64,000 bases of DNA from Candidatus Levybacteria bacterium CG2_30_37_29 (GCA_001873215.1 MNYS01000006.1:56839-120838); one strand, 5' to 3'; positions 1 through 9,790 are shown, counted from the first letter of the stretch. Notes: a model not told the origin generated them from the letters alone. Program-made: numbers and translations.

Positions 1-117
1 TTTATCCCTTGTGTCTCAAATTCGCTTTGCTCATTTGAGCCAGCGGCGGGAATGACAACCTTCGCTCCGCTCAGAACGTCGCTTTTTCTCGTAAAACTCA
101 AAAAAGTCGTCCCCTTG

Positions 118-190
118 AGCCTTGATCGGGAATCGGACCCGAGACCTCTTTCTTACCAAGAAAGCGTTCTGCCACTGAACTACCAAGGCG
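118..190 (-). tRNA. tRNA-Thr (anticodon GGT)
   Basis: Reverse complement folds as a cloverleaf: acceptor GCCTTGG/TCAAGGC (one G-U), D-arm GTTC..GAAC, anticodon stem CTTTC/GAAAG with loop TTGGTAA (anticodon GGT), T-arm TCGGG-TCCGATT-CCCGA. Length 73 nt. Confidence 0.8.
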
Positions 191-238
191 TTCTACGTCA
201 GAGTTTATTTTATCAGGAAGAATTTTGAAATACCAATA

Positions 239-904
239 TTAAAGTAGGGGAATTTGCGAGATTGGACCGTATGCATCTCCCATTCCAAGCAAAAATCCTC
301 TTGCATAAATTTTTTTATGCCCCAATACTTGCTTATATGCATTTGCAAGTTGTGGTTGGGATGAGAGCATCTCTTCTGCTAAATAATTTGCACCGCTTAC
401 AATATTTGCAAGAATTTCAGGAAAAGGATAACCAACAGTTTTCATTCGTGCAAGTTCTGCAATTTTTTGCGGTGTAAGATTTTCTCTTTGAGTGTTGGTC
501 AGTTCGCAAAGAAGTCTGATGCTTCTCCTGCTTTCCGGAAGACCCAATAATCCACTCCAATATGCGTCAATTGCTTTTTTGGGGACTACAAAATTTTTGT
601 TTTCGTCTGCCTGTTGTTCTCTAAAAGCCTGATGAACAAATCTTTGCCCCACTTTGTATTGATACAAACATGATGTTTCCTCTGGCGCAACAAACAACTC
701 GCGAATAGAATGCATGCCGTCCAAAAAATGAGAAAAATCAGAATAAGGTCTATCGTGTTCTCTAAGCATAAAAGTTTGTTCGTCAACAAACGGTTTGTCA
801 ATACCGTCAAAAAGGCTTCCTTCCACAATAGTCTTGAAAGCGTGTTGTCCAGGCTTCTCTTTTAGAGGAATAGTTTTTCTTATTGGTTGTGATTCGTTAG
901 TCAT
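239..904 (-). CDS. hypothetical protein, downstream gene of a two-gene operon next to tRNA-Thr
   Basis: 221-aa ORF with a 4-bp ATGA overlap onto the upstream ORF 901-1638. No recognisable motif. Confidence 0.5.
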   Translation of the reverse strand: MTNESQPIRKTIPLKEKPGQHAFKTIVEGSLFDGIDKPFVDEQTFMLREHDRPYSDFSHFLDGMHSIRELFVAPEETSCLYQYKVGQRFVHQAFREQQADENKNFVVPKKAIDAYWSGLLGLPESRRSIRLLCELTNTQRENLTPQKIAELARMKTVGYPFPEILANIVSGANYLAEEMLSSQPQLANAYKQVLGHKKIYARGFLLGMGDAYGPISQIPLL

Positions 905-1638
905 GCTTTTTGATATTGTCCCAAGTCTTTGTCGTTTGAAGACGTGGCGTTAAACATCCGTTCAAGGGAGTCTCCGCTTTGAGTTTCACAAAAAATTCCA
1001 TGTGTGTCCCAAAAACCAAAAGTAAGAGATGACACATTCATTGTTCCTATCTGACCTTTTGCAGCAGAAAGAAACTTATAAAGAGTTTTTTCCTTTTCGG
1101 CATTTGCTCCGGATTTAGCATTTGATGTCTGTCCAATTGCACCGCCCATTTTTTTAATATACCAATTTGATGGATCTTGTCGGGCATAAAGTTCTTCAAA
1201 CAGTTTTATAGGACGCAGGCTTAATGAAGCATCCATATCTTGTTTGAAGCATTCAATTTCGGCAAGATTTGTCTCGCCCCAGTTTGTCAACAAATTTATA
1301 AAATATCTTTTTACATCACGTTCACCAACTTTTGGTACGGGAAGTCTATTTTTTCCTGCCTGCATTCTAATCGCCCTGTTGTAGAAAAGCGCGCCAACAT
1401 CAAACGCATTTGAATTCCAAAAAATATTTCCAACAGTTGCTCTTAAATCAGATAAATCGCTTAAAGTAGAATAGAGTAGACCATTTTCTTCTCTCATTAC
1501 ATTAGTTTCACGGTTAAATTCTGTTCTATCATCTTCTGCAAGAGGCAAGACAATTTGGCGTAAAGACATTTCAAGTGCGCCTTCCTCAATTGTGATTGGA
1601 TGATTTGGCTGGCCAATTCTTTCTATTTCTTTTGACAT
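901..1638 (-). CDS. hypothetical protein, upstream gene of the tRNA-adjacent two-gene operon
   Basis: 245-aa ORF translationally coupled to 239-904. No confident domain assignment from sequence alone. Confidence 0.5.
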   Translation of the reverse strand: MSKEIERIGQPNHPITIEEGALEMSLRQIVLPLAEDDRTEFNRETNVMREENGLLYSTLSDLSDLRATVGNIFWNSNAFDVGALFYNRAIRMQAGKNRLPVPKVGERDVKRYFINLLTNWGETNLAEIECFKQDMDASLSLRPIKLFEELYARQDPSNWYIKKMGGAIGQTSNAKSGANAEKEKTLYKFLSAAKGQIGTMNVSSLTFGFWDTHGIFCETQSGDSLERMFNATSSNDKDLGQYQKA

Positions 1639-1764
1639 GACGTGAATTATAGTACTAAATTATTCAATAATCAAAGGATAAAAAATATCTACGATCTAAG
1701 ATTTAAAAATAAGAAAGAGAACAGAAAAGGGGTTTGAAAGCAAAGCCAAACAATATGTTTGAGC

Positions 1765-2409
1765 TTACAACAGAAGGAGGGAAAAAAGTGCGCTGCCTGC
1801 CCCAAGCAATGCTCCGCCTACAACGTCAGTTGTCCAGTGTTCTCCTAAAGAAACTCGGGAAACAATCATAGAAATAACTAGTGTTAATATCATAGTATGT
1901 ATGAATAGTTTTATAGATTTTGAAAATTTTGAGTTGTAAAGAATAATTGAAAAAAGAACTCCCAAAAAAACAATACGCATAGAATGTCCTGATGGGTAAG
2001 ACGATTCGGTAAAAACGTGAAGCCCCGGAAATTCGGAAAATTGAGCCCTTAAAAACATGCGAGGAGGTCCGGGTTGCTCAAGTATGGTTTTGCCGATATA
2101 TTCAAGTACGTGTGCGGCGGAAAAAATTATTATAGGAACAAATCCTGTAAGTTTTCTTTTAAATAAAATAAAAATAAGAAGAATAAATGCTGTAAATTCA
2201 AAACGACCGACAACCGAAAGAATTGAGAAAAAAGTGTCAAATTTTACCGGAATCTTGCTTTGGACCCTAACGGTTGTATCAAAATCAAAACCTCTAAGCG
2301 TATCCGACCTAACAATAAGCGTAAAAACAAAAAACCCAACTAATAAGAAGAGGCTTATAAATAGATAGTATTTTTTGAGATTAGAGTGACTTTTTTCTTC
2401 TTTTGGCAC
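1765..2409 (-). CDS. PAP2-family membrane phosphatase (undecaprenyl-diphosphatase-like)
   Basis: Multi-TM protein carrying PAP2 signature blocks PSGHS...SRVSLGEHWTTDVVGG. Confidence 0.7.
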   Translation of the reverse strand: MPKEEKSHSNLKKYYLFISLFLLVGFFVFTLIVRSDTLRGFDFDTTVRVQSKIPVKFDTFFSILSVVGRFEFTAFILLIFILFKRKLTGFVPIIIFSAAHVLEYIGKTILEQPGPPRMFLRAQFSEFPGLHVFTESSYPSGHSMRIVFLGVLFSIILYNSKFSKSIKLFIHTMILTLVISMIVSRVSLGEHWTTDVVGGALLGAGSALFSLLLL

Positions 2410-2437
2410 AGCTATACTATCTTATCAAAATTTTAAA

Positions 2438-3703
2438 CTAAGTGTGGAGAGTATTCCTGTATTGTCTAATCAGTTCCAAATCTTCGTCTGAAGGATTTGT
2501 TGGATTTATGCCAAGAGATATTGCAGCTCTATAAATAGATGTTCTTGATGTTCCGGTTTCAACCGCAAGTTGCGCAATAGCTCCATTGGTCTTATGCGTT
2601 CCGCCCATTTCCAGAAGCTCTCTTCTGTAATTGCGTATCTTTTCAATATCCTCAGAAGACAAACGTTTTCTATCTTTAATATCCAGTCTATCAACATATT
2701 GACCCACTGATGAGGCAGAAACCCCAAACTCTTTTGCAAGCGAGAACATCGTGCCTTCCGAAACAGGCCTTCCTGCTCTGATAATTCCTTCGGCAGACTG
2801 CCTTTTATACTCTCTTATCTCTTCAACAACTTTCCAAGGAAGACTATTACCTTTATATCCAAGACGTTTTTTTATCTGATGCATGCGTGCACGCGTTAAT
2901 ACGTACTCTTTCCCAAGCATTTCAAGACTTATTGTTTCACGATATTGATCAAGCCAATAATTTATAATTTTTTTTCGTTGTCTTTTTGTCATACTGCTTG
3001 TTTCAAGCATTGCTCCAAATTGTTCAGGATTTGGCAACTGTCTACGATTTAAAATCCAAGGACAATCTTTAAATACAGTAGGATCTTTTCCTAAAATTTT
3101 TCCCGCCCCCAGCGCAAATTCATTTGTAACCATGCTTTTTTCAGCACGCTTTTCATCTCTTGATGCAATCTCATCTTTTATTTTCTGAGCCTGCTCCTCT
3201 GTAATAATCGCAGAAAATCCTAAACCTTTTCTTATCCTCCCAACCATAGTAACATTTGGAGATTTTTCTCTATTTGGCATATCCTCCGAACTTAAGCTTT
3301 GAGATAGTTGAGTGTCGGTAAACGTAACGCACGGAAGTTCTTTGGCAACTGTTCTTGGGACCAAAGGAGGAATTCTGCCGTAAAGTTTCCCTTTCTTTTC
3401 AAGTGTTATTGCAATTGTTTCTTCTACCGCATCAGCAAGAGAGGCTAATTCCGACTCTGTAGCACCGTTAATTTCTGCCCCCTGCAGCATTTGTTCAAGA
3501 GTGTAAAGAGAGGTATCTTCTGTTCTGTTTCTTCCTGTAACATGCAATGAATGCAAATTAAATTTTTCATCCATTTCCCTAGATGTAATTCCTCGCAGCA
3601 TACGAAAATCTTCCGCCCATTGTCCAATAGGGTTAAGAGGACGAAGGCGTTGAGTTTTAAATTGTGATTGATTTTCTCCAAATGCTTCAGGTGTTTTGCT
3701 CAC
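2438..3703 (-). CDS. hypothetical protein with three C-terminal helix-turn-helix (sigma-70 region-4-like) repeats
   Basis: 421 aa. C-terminal half contains three HTH-like units (LGKEYVLTRARMHQIKKRLG; MFSLAKEFGVSASSVGQYV; GAIAQLAVETGTSRTSIYRAAISLG). Confidence 0.55.
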   Translation of the reverse strand: MSKTPEAFGENQSQFKTQRLRPLNPIGQWAEDFRMLRGITSREMDEKFNLHSLHVTGRNRTEDTSLYTLEQMLQGAEINGATESELASLADAVEETIAITLEKKGKLYGRIPPLVPRTVAKELPCVTFTDTQLSQSLSSEDMPNREKSPNVTMVGRIRKGLGFSAIITEEQAQKIKDEIASRDEKRAEKSMVTNEFALGAGKILGKDPTVFKDCPWILNRRQLPNPEQFGAMLETSSMTKRQRKKIINYWLDQYRETISLEMLGKEYVLTRARMHQIKKRLGYKGNSLPWKVVEEIREYKRQSAEGIIRAGRPVSEGTMFSLAKEFGVSASSVGQYVDRLDIKDRKRLSSEDIEKIRNYRRELLEMGGTHKTNGAIAQLAVETGTSRTSIYRAAISLGINPTNPSDEDLELIRQYRNTLHT

Positions 3704-3734
3704 AAGGTTATTTTATCAAAATTCGCTCAAAACT

Positions 3735-4385
3735 TCAAACTCTGGGATACTTTTTACAGAACTCAGGGCGGTGTAGAGAAGAAAGACCGTGTTTTATAAT
3801 GGCATTTCGGTGAAGTAATGTTCCATATCCTTTATGTTTTTCAAACCCGTATTCCGGATACTCTTCAGAAAGTTTTACCATATAATTATCGCGGTGGACT
3901 TTTGCAATAATGCTTGCCGCGGCAATTGAGATAGAAGCGGAGTCGCCGCGAATAATATTTAATTGCTTACTTTTTTCAACAGAAGGAATACTAAAAGCAT
4001 CTGTTATAAAAAAAATATTTTTGTTGCCGATTTTTTCAAAAACTTTTTTTGCTATTTTTTCAAACCCCAAAGTTGTCGCTTTCCCTATGCCGATTTCATT
4101 TATTATACCAACGGAAATATATTGTAAATCCAAGTAAAATGTAAATTCTTGAATACTTTTATTGAGCAGTTCCCTTTTGTATCCACTTAGTTTTTTTGAG
4201 TCGTTTATTCCAAGATTTTGAAGCTTTTCCAGTTGTAGTTTGTTTAAATCCGGATGTAAAATAACTCCTCCAACAACAAGCGGTCCGGCAAAACACCCGC
4301 GTCCCACTTCGTCAATTCCGACAACAATAAATCCCTTATTCCATAAATCTTTTTCAATTTTAAGAGTCGGTAAATTCTTTTTCAT
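3735..4385 (-). CDS. rnhB: ribonuclease HII
   Basis: N-terminal GIDEVGRGCFAGPLVV motif and DSKKLS motif typical of RNase HII. 216 aa. Confidence 0.85.
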   Translation of the reverse strand: MKKNLPTLKIEKDLWNKGFIVVGIDEVGRGCFAGPLVVGGVILHPDLNKLQLEKLQNLGINDSKKLSGYKRELLNKSIQEFTFYLDLQYISVGIINEIGIGKATTLGFEKIAKKVFEKIGNKNIFFITDAFSIPSVEKSKQLNIIRGDSASISIAAASIIAKVHRDNYMVKLSEEYPEYGFEKHKGYGTLLHRNAIIKHGLSSLHRPEFCKKYPRV

Positions 4386-4434
4386 AAAGACAGTATATCA
4401 TTCAAATTTTTATGCGATGTGATATAAAGAGGAT

Positions 4435-5169
4435 ATGGGTATTGAAAATTATTTCGCACATCCTGTAGATCAGAAAGATGTTGAAAGTTTTCAAAGAAGA
4501 AAAAATTTTTTAGGTCCGGCGCATTCTAATATTGATGCAGTTGCTCTAGACATGGCACAGGAAGGAAAAAATGCTCTGTCAAGTTTTGTTGTCAGCAACG
4601 TATCACCAGACGGCATGATCTATTTTACGCCATCTTTTATGAGAGAAATGGGTTTACGTGTCGGAACAGACATTGTTGGTATTCATCTTGCGGCATCAAT
4701 TCTCAGTCTTGGTGAAACTATGGTTGAAAGACAATTTGATTTGAAAAATCATGTAGCAAGGCTTAATTGGTATTTAAGCGATTTTCCTCCAAGTCAGATG
4801 AATATTGAAAATGCAGGAATCGAGGCTATACCATACAGAAAACTTCGTGATATGTGGGCGCTTGCCCGTTGCGACAGAACTCTTTCGCGCTTTTTTACAA
4901 CCGATACAAATCTGCTTCCGGATTACCTGCGTTCTCTTTTAGATAATACAGTCATGAAAGATATTCCTGCAATCATAAAACATTATGAACATAAAAGCGG
5001 TAGGCTTCTTGCAGCTCTTGAATCGCTTGATTTACAAGAGGATGAAAAAAGAGAACGTGGTGAAGTATATTCGATTGCTCAAAAAAAGTTTCTAGATGAT
5101 ATAGATTTGCAGATTGCCATACTTCAGGAAGAAATTGATGACAGACGAGGTCTAAGGAAAAGAGTTTAA
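4435..5169 (+). CDS. hypothetical protein
   Basis: 244-aa ORF, no recognisable motif. Confidence 0.5.
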   Translation: MGIENYFAHPVDQKDVESFQRRKNFLGPAHSNIDAVALDMAQEGKNALSSFVVSNVSPDGMIYFTPSFMREMGLRVGTDIVGIHLAASILSLGETMVERQFDLKNHVARLNWYLSDFPPSQMNIENAGIEAIPYRKLRDMWALARCDRTLSRFFTTDTNLLPDYLRSLLDNTVMKDIPAIIKHYEHKSGRLLAALESLDLQEDEKRERGEVYSIAQKKFLDDIDLQIAILQEEIDDRRGLRKRV

Positions 5170-5218
5170 CTGTTTTGAAATTCCAAAAATCGCCCAAAAT
5201 TGCTATACTAGTAATCTC

Positions 5219-6403
5219 GTGTTAATTTTTCGCAACAATCGTAATTTGGCAATAGTCGCTTTAATCGCAATAGTTAATGCCTTGGGGTATGGGATTATAA
5301 TACCTATTCTGTATCCGTATTCAAAAAGTTTTGGGCTTACGGATTTTCAAAACGCCCTTCTCTTATCCACTTTTTTTCTATGCTCATTTTTCTCCGCTCC
5401 TATAATAGGCCGTCTTTCTGATAAATATGGGAGAAAACCGCTTTTGGTCACTTCAATTGCAGGAACAGCGACCTCCTTTTTGTTGCTTGCTGTGGCGCCG
5501 AATGCAATTTTTCTTTTTTTGGCGCGTGCTCTTGACGGAATAACCGCAGGTAATATTCCTGTTGTAGCGGCTGTCATTTCAGATACGAATGAGTCGCATA
5601 ACCGCGCGAAAGGATTTGGAATAATCGGAGCGTCATTTGGTTTTGGATTTTTCTTTGGTCCTGCAATTTCTGCTTTGACGGTTGGGTTTGGAACGCATAT
5701 TCCGTTTTTGATTGCGGCATTAATTTCTATTTTTGCAACAATTATTACAATTCTTTTTTTGCCCGAAACAAATAAAAACATAGGACAGGTTCGCAAAGGA
5801 AAATTGTTTGATTTTAAAAGACTTGCAGGAGCGCTTGTTCACCCTGCTGTCGGGAAAACTCTTTTTGTATCATTTCTTTACAACATTGCATTTGGGGCTC
5901 TTCTTTTTGCTTATCAGCCTTTTGCAATAAAAATATTGCATTTTACCCCTGCGCAAATCGGGCTAGTATTTACCATGATTGGCGCAATTGGGATATTTGT
6001 TCAAACATTTCTTCTTCAAAGAGTGATTAAAAAATTTGGAGAGAAAAAAACTTTTACTTATGCTGTATTTATCGCGTCGTGGGCATTTGTTTCGTATTTT
6101 TTTGTAAGGAGCGTTCCTATATATATTGTAACTGTTATTGTTTTTGGTTTTTCAAATTCCTTTGTGGGGCCGCTTATCCAAACTCTTTTATCGCGCGAAA
6201 CAGATGAGAAATCACAAGGAACAATTCAAGGACTTAATTCTTCCTATGTAAGTATTGGTAATATTTTGGGGCCGATTATCGCGGGAGCTCTTGCAACTTT
6301 CTATATTCCTCTTCCTTTTCTTCTCTGCGCTCTGGTTGGATTCAGTTGTTTTTTCTTATCGTTTAGAATAAGGAAAGCGCCAAAAGAACACGCATTCGGC
6401 TAG
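5219..6403 (+). CDS. MFS transporter
   Basis: ~12 predicted TM segments and MFS motif GRLSDKYGRKP between TM2 and TM3. Confidence 0.8.
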   Translation: MLIFRNNRNLAIVALIAIVNALGYGIIIPILYPYSKSFGLTDFQNALLLSTFFLCSFFSAPIIGRLSDKYGRKPLLVTSIAGTATSFLLLAVAPNAIFLFLARALDGITAGNIPVVAAVISDTNESHNRAKGFGIIGASFGFGFFFGPAISALTVGFGTHIPFLIAALISIFATIITILFLPETNKNIGQVRKGKLFDFKRLAGALVHPAVGKTLFVSFLYNIAFGALLFAYQPFAIKILHFTPAQIGLVFTMIGAIGIFVQTFLLQRVIKKFGEKKTFTYAVFIASWAFVSYFFVRSVPIYIVTVIVFGFSNSFVGPLIQTLLSRETDEKSQGTIQGLNSSYVSIGNILGPIIAGALATFYIPLPFLLCALVGFSCFFLSFRIRKAPKEHAFG

Positions 6404-6416
6404 GTGCTCTTCGAGT

Positions 6417-7067
6417 CTAGTTTATTTCGGAAGCGTTTATCTTCAGATTTACACCGTCGTATTCGAATGCAAAACGTATATCTTTATCTTTTGTATTTTT
6501 AATATACAAGTTCTGATTTTCGCTTGTGTTTTTTTGACCGGGCATATAATAAATTGATACTCCATATTCTTTCGGAACTTCCGGAATGTTTGCAAAGTTA
6601 TGGTTTGTAGGTGCTTTTGTTTCGAGCCCGGCATCTTTTGCGACCCAGTAGAGAAGAGATGCAAAATGGCAAACACCGTCACCTACAAGCCAGCCGTCTG
6701 ATTTAAATCCTTCACCGGAATTAAAATGGGCGCCTGTTGTAACGGCTACTTTACCTGAATAATCAGGAAGGGCATCTTCGTGGAACGCAAAAACCTCACC
6801 CTTTTTGAGGACAATTTCAACATCACCTTTTTTTCTGAGCTTTTCCCAGTTTATGTCTTTTGCTGACTTTACCTGACCGTCAAGATATGCAAGCGTAAGA
6901 AGAATATTATCTTTAAACACTTCATTTACTTGGGGCACGGCGTATCGGGTTTCAAGAGACATGGTATGGTTTGCCAATACACGTGAATTAGGAGAGGCAA
7001 GAGGACTTTGAATTGCCGTAAACCCAAAAATAGATAAAATTGTAAAATGAATTAGATTCTGAAACAT
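6417..7067 (-). CDS. VanW-like domain protein (secreted)
   Basis: Signal peptide. Motif GDGVCHFASLLYWVA resembles the VanW core G-G-G-V-C-Q-x-S-T-L-Y. Confidence 0.5.
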   Translation of the reverse strand: MFQNLIHFTILSIFGFTAIQSPLASPNSRVLANHTMSLETRYAVPQVNEVFKDNILLTLAYLDGQVKSAKDINWEKLRKKGDVEIVLKKGEVFAFHEDALPDYSGKVAVTTGAHFNSGEGFKSDGWLVGDGVCHFASLLYWVAKDAGLETKAPTNHNFANIPEVPKEYGVSIYYMPGQKNTSENQNLYIKNTKDKDIRFAFEYDGVNLKINASEIN

Positions 7068-7134
7068 ATAATTATAGGCTATATAAAAAAGCCTGTAATC
7101 GTGGATTATAGCATACTATAAGCCTTTAGTCAAG

Positions 7135-7899
7135 TTGTCTCTTTACTTTTTGTACAAGACGGATTACGATAAATTTGTGAAAAAGAGAAAAACCAAAAGA
7201 AAAAAGCAAACTTTCAAATTCAGCTTCAGGCTATGCGTATTTTTTGTTTTAGCATTAGGCATTGGTGTGGGTACCTATATTTTGAGCGTAAACGGTATGG
7301 GTACAAGATGCGCAAATTCTATAAGCTGTATAAAAGATCTTTCAGGCCGTTTTATGCCTGGTTTAAGAGGCGAATTTTCTGGAAGGAAAATCGACGGCCC
7401 CAGCTTTGCTGTAAGCATTGCTTTGCCAAAGGTGCTTGGAGAGAAAACAGACTCAGAAAAGCGTATTTTTGTAGACTTATCTACTCAGCATTTATGGTCA
7501 TATGAAGGGCCACAGCTTGTTTTTGATTTTCCCGTATCAACAGGAAAATGGTATCCTACGCCTACTGGTGACTTTAATATCTGGATAAAGCTAAGATTCA
7601 CACGCATGGAGGGCGGAAATACTGCTTTGGGCACATATTACAATCTTCCAAATGTTCCATTCACAATGTTTTTTTATAACGCCGACTACCCAAAAACCCT
7701 CGGTTATGGTCTGCACGGTGCGTATTGGCATAATAATTTTGGCCACCCCATGAGCCATGGGTGCGTAAATATCAGTGTTGAGAATGCAGAAAGGCTGTAT
7801 GCGTGGGCACAGCCTCAGACCACGGATAATTCAACGTATGCAACGGAAATAAATCCCGGAACAAGAATTACCATCTTCGGAACAACCCCGGCGGAGTAA
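7135..7899 (+). CDS. L,D-transpeptidase (YkuD family), paralog 1
   Basis: N-terminal TM anchor. Catalytic block HGAYWHNNFGHPMSHGCVNISVENAERLYAW (His...SHGC). Confidence 0.8.
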   Translation: MSLYFLYKTDYDKFVKKRKTKRKKQTFKFSFRLCVFFVLALGIGVGTYILSVNGMGTRCANSISCIKDLSGRFMPGLRGEFSGRKIDGPSFAVSIALPKVLGEKTDSEKRIFVDLSTQHLWSYEGPQLVFDFPVSTGKWYPTPTGDFNIWIKLRFTRMEGGNTALGTYYNLPNVPFTMFFYNADYPKTLGYGLHGAYWHNNFGHPMSHGCVNISVENAERLYAWAQPQTTDNSTYATEINPGTRITIFGTTPAE

Positions 7900-7907
7900 A
7901 ATTGGGT

Positions 7908-8240
7908 TTAATTTTCGTTTGGCAAAGCTAAATGTTGTTCGATTTTACGAACACGCCTTGCAAGTCTTGTATCTTCAACGTTGAAAACATCAATTGCAAC
8001 ACTTATATCCTTTTGGAGTTTTCTAATATCTTTTCTTGAACCTTTAACTTCCTCTCCAATAGAAGATAACCTGACTTCTACATTTTTTATTCTATCTCCT
8101 TGCTTGTGAATCGCATTTCTAAGATGAATATTTGCAGTTCTAACTTCGTGCGAGAAACTATCCTTAATATTTCCAGCTTCAGCTTCTATCTCTTCACGAA
8201 CCACTTTCTTAATTGCTTTGAGGTCTGACGTTGTTAGCAT
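7908..8240 (-). CDS. hypothetical coiled-coil protein
   Basis: 110-aa charged, helical ORF. Confidence 0.45.
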   Translation of the reverse strand: MLTTSDLKAIKKVVREEIEAEAGNIKDSFSHEVRTANIHLRNAIHKQGDRIKNVEVRLSSIGEEVKGSRKDIRKLQKDISVAIDVFNVEDTRLARRVRKIEQHLALPNEN

Positions 8241-8301
8241 AGGATTAATTATTATTTAGGAAGTTTAAATAAATTTCAAGAGCACAAACTATATCAGCAG
8301 G

Positions 8302-8322
8302 AATTGAGGTGCCACCTCAATT
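8302..8322. promoter_or_regulatory. perfect 10-bp-arm palindrome AATTGAGGTG-C-CACCTCAATT (candidate operator or hairpin)
   Basis: Read directly in sequence. Lies in the intergenic region between minus-strand genes 7908-8240 and 8376-8663. Confidence 0.4.
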
Positions 8323-8375
8323 AGCCACAGAAATTGGTGTTTGACAAGAAGTTTGTATGTAATTACGTCAAAGGT

Positions 8376-8663
8376 TTAAGGCTTTTTGGTGGGACATTTA
8401 GCGAATTCGCAGTTTGGACCAACCCGTCCGACATAACTTCCGTCAGGACACAATTTTGCTTCCATCGTACACGCTTTTGTTTCAGGTTTGGATAAAACAG
8501 AATTTACAAGAGGTTGGTCAAGCCCTTTTTGATACTGCATTCCAAGATAAAATCCGATGAAGGGAAGTGATATGAATAGAATTAGCGCAATTGTTTTTGA
8601 AAGAGTAGTAACCGTGTTGTATTTTTTGGACAGTTTCACAGATTTAGTATAGCAAAAGCACAA
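8376..8663 (-). CDS. small membrane-anchored Cys-rich protein carrying the CTMEAKxCPDG module
   Basis: TM anchor followed by ACTMEAKLCPDGSYVGRVGPNCEFAKCP. The same module occurs at the N-terminus of ORF 40484-41680. Confidence 0.55.
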   Translation of the reverse strand: MCFCYTKSVKLSKKYNTVTTLSKTIALILFISLPFIGFYLGMQYQKGLDQPLVNSVLSKPETKACTMEAKLCPDGSYVGRVGPNCEFAKCPTKKP

Positions 8664-8734
8664 AGAAGTTGCAGGATTGTGAGAATTTGTTCGAACTTTA
8701 ATTATTGCCTATTCATTTACATCTGCCGCCTCTT

Positions 8735-9028
8735 TTACTCTAGAGAGACATGTGCATGATTTGGTAGTCCTTCTCTGCGTGTTCCTTCGGGACGCAACCT
8801 ATCATTATCATTCGGAAGAGGTAAAGGTGCAAATTCAGGTATTATGGTTTCACCCCGGTGTCTTTGCCTCCCGGGATTCCACGCTTCATCTCGTCGGTCA
8901 ATTGCCCGCAAAGCAGCACTTGCATCTACCCAGCTGCCTTTTCTTAGCTGTTCAAGAACCTGCCGGTTATTCATATTGTTTGTCGATATAATTTCCAGTT
9001 TGCTTATATGAGTTTCCGAGGATCTCAT
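8735..9028 (-). CDS. hypothetical protein
   Basis: 97-aa ORF. Local GC is higher than the surroundings. Weak call. Confidence 0.3.
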   Translation of the reverse strand: MRSSETHISKLEIISTNNMNNRQVLEQLRKGSWVDASAALRAIDRRDEAWNPGRQRHRGETIIPEFAPLPLPNDNDRLRPEGTRREGLPNHAHVSLE

Positions 9029-9068
9029 TATAGGGCAGATTATACCACTTTATGTATCCTGTCGGGAG

Positions 9069-9560
9069 CTAGCATACTTTGTGATTGTTCAGTAAATCTG
9101 CTAGCGCAATTCGTGCACGGTGCGGAATATCCCGAGCAGTAGGGTTTTGAACTTGTGCTGCGTGAACAACTCTCAAATGAAGAGGCATATTCGGAAGGGG
9201 AAGATAATAAGTAAAGTAATCCAACTCTTCTAATTGTTTAGCTGTTACTGTATAGAGGTGGTCAGTTCTCCGAGCTTTTCTGTCAAATAACGCTCCACAA
9301 GCAATATCGCAATTTTCGGTAAAAGTTACATGTGCAGATTTTCCCGGAGTAATAAATTCTCCTACCGGTTGTCTATCAGCATTTCTTAAGTCAAAAGAAG
9401 TGGGGATCAGTCCGTTGTTGCCCATAAAAGAAACAGAAATGTCTAGTGGGATTACTTTTCCCACAGTTAGTTTTTCGCAAACAGCAGTGTATGCCGTACG
9501 GTATTCAGCATAATATAAGGCTCGTGGTTCTCCGTCAACGCGATAATTTTCTATACTCAT
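9069..9560 (-). CDS. hypothetical protein
   Basis: 163-aa ORF. Confidence 0.45.
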   Translation of the reverse strand: MSIENYRVDGEPRALYYAEYRTAYTAVCEKLTVGKVIPLDISVSFMGNNGLIPTSFDLRNADRQPVGEFITPGKSAHVTFTENCDIACGALFDRKARRTDHLYTVTAKQLEELDYFTYYLPLPNMPLHLRVVHAAQVQNPTARDIPHRARIALADLLNNHKVC

Positions 9561-9635
9561 GTGGAGAATTATATCAAAAGAGGGCGGAAAACAGAACTAT
9601 AAGATTAATCTTTCCTTCGGATAAGACTATCTTGC

Positions 9636-9704
9636 AGGGGTATCAGGGCTCGAACCTGAAATAACGGTTTTGGAGACCGTTGTGATGCCATTTCACTATA
9701 CCCC
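9636..9704 (-). tRNA. tRNA-Trp (anticodon CCA), short D-arm
   Basis: Reverse complement GGGGTAT..: anticodon stem AACGGT/ACCGTT with loop CTCCAAA (CCA), T-loop TTCGAGC, acceptor ATACCCC. The D-arm is atypical, so the boundaries are approximate. Confidence 0.55.
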
Positions 9705-9790
9705 TATCTTACTCACATTATATTGTATAATCAGGAGTGTTGCAAATATTCGTGCTTGAATAATAGCCTATAATAGTATATAATTTTTAT

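Noticed and set aside
1-117. Second tRNA downstream of tRNA-Thr at the window edge
   Set aside because: No cloverleaf with a standard T-loop could be built. The GGTTGTCATTCC segment does not fit GTTCRANYC. Kept only as an unassigned structured segment.
5347-5796. 149-aa minus-strand ORF inside the MFS transporter gene
   Set aside because: Antisense to a well-supported 12-TM transporter. No motif.
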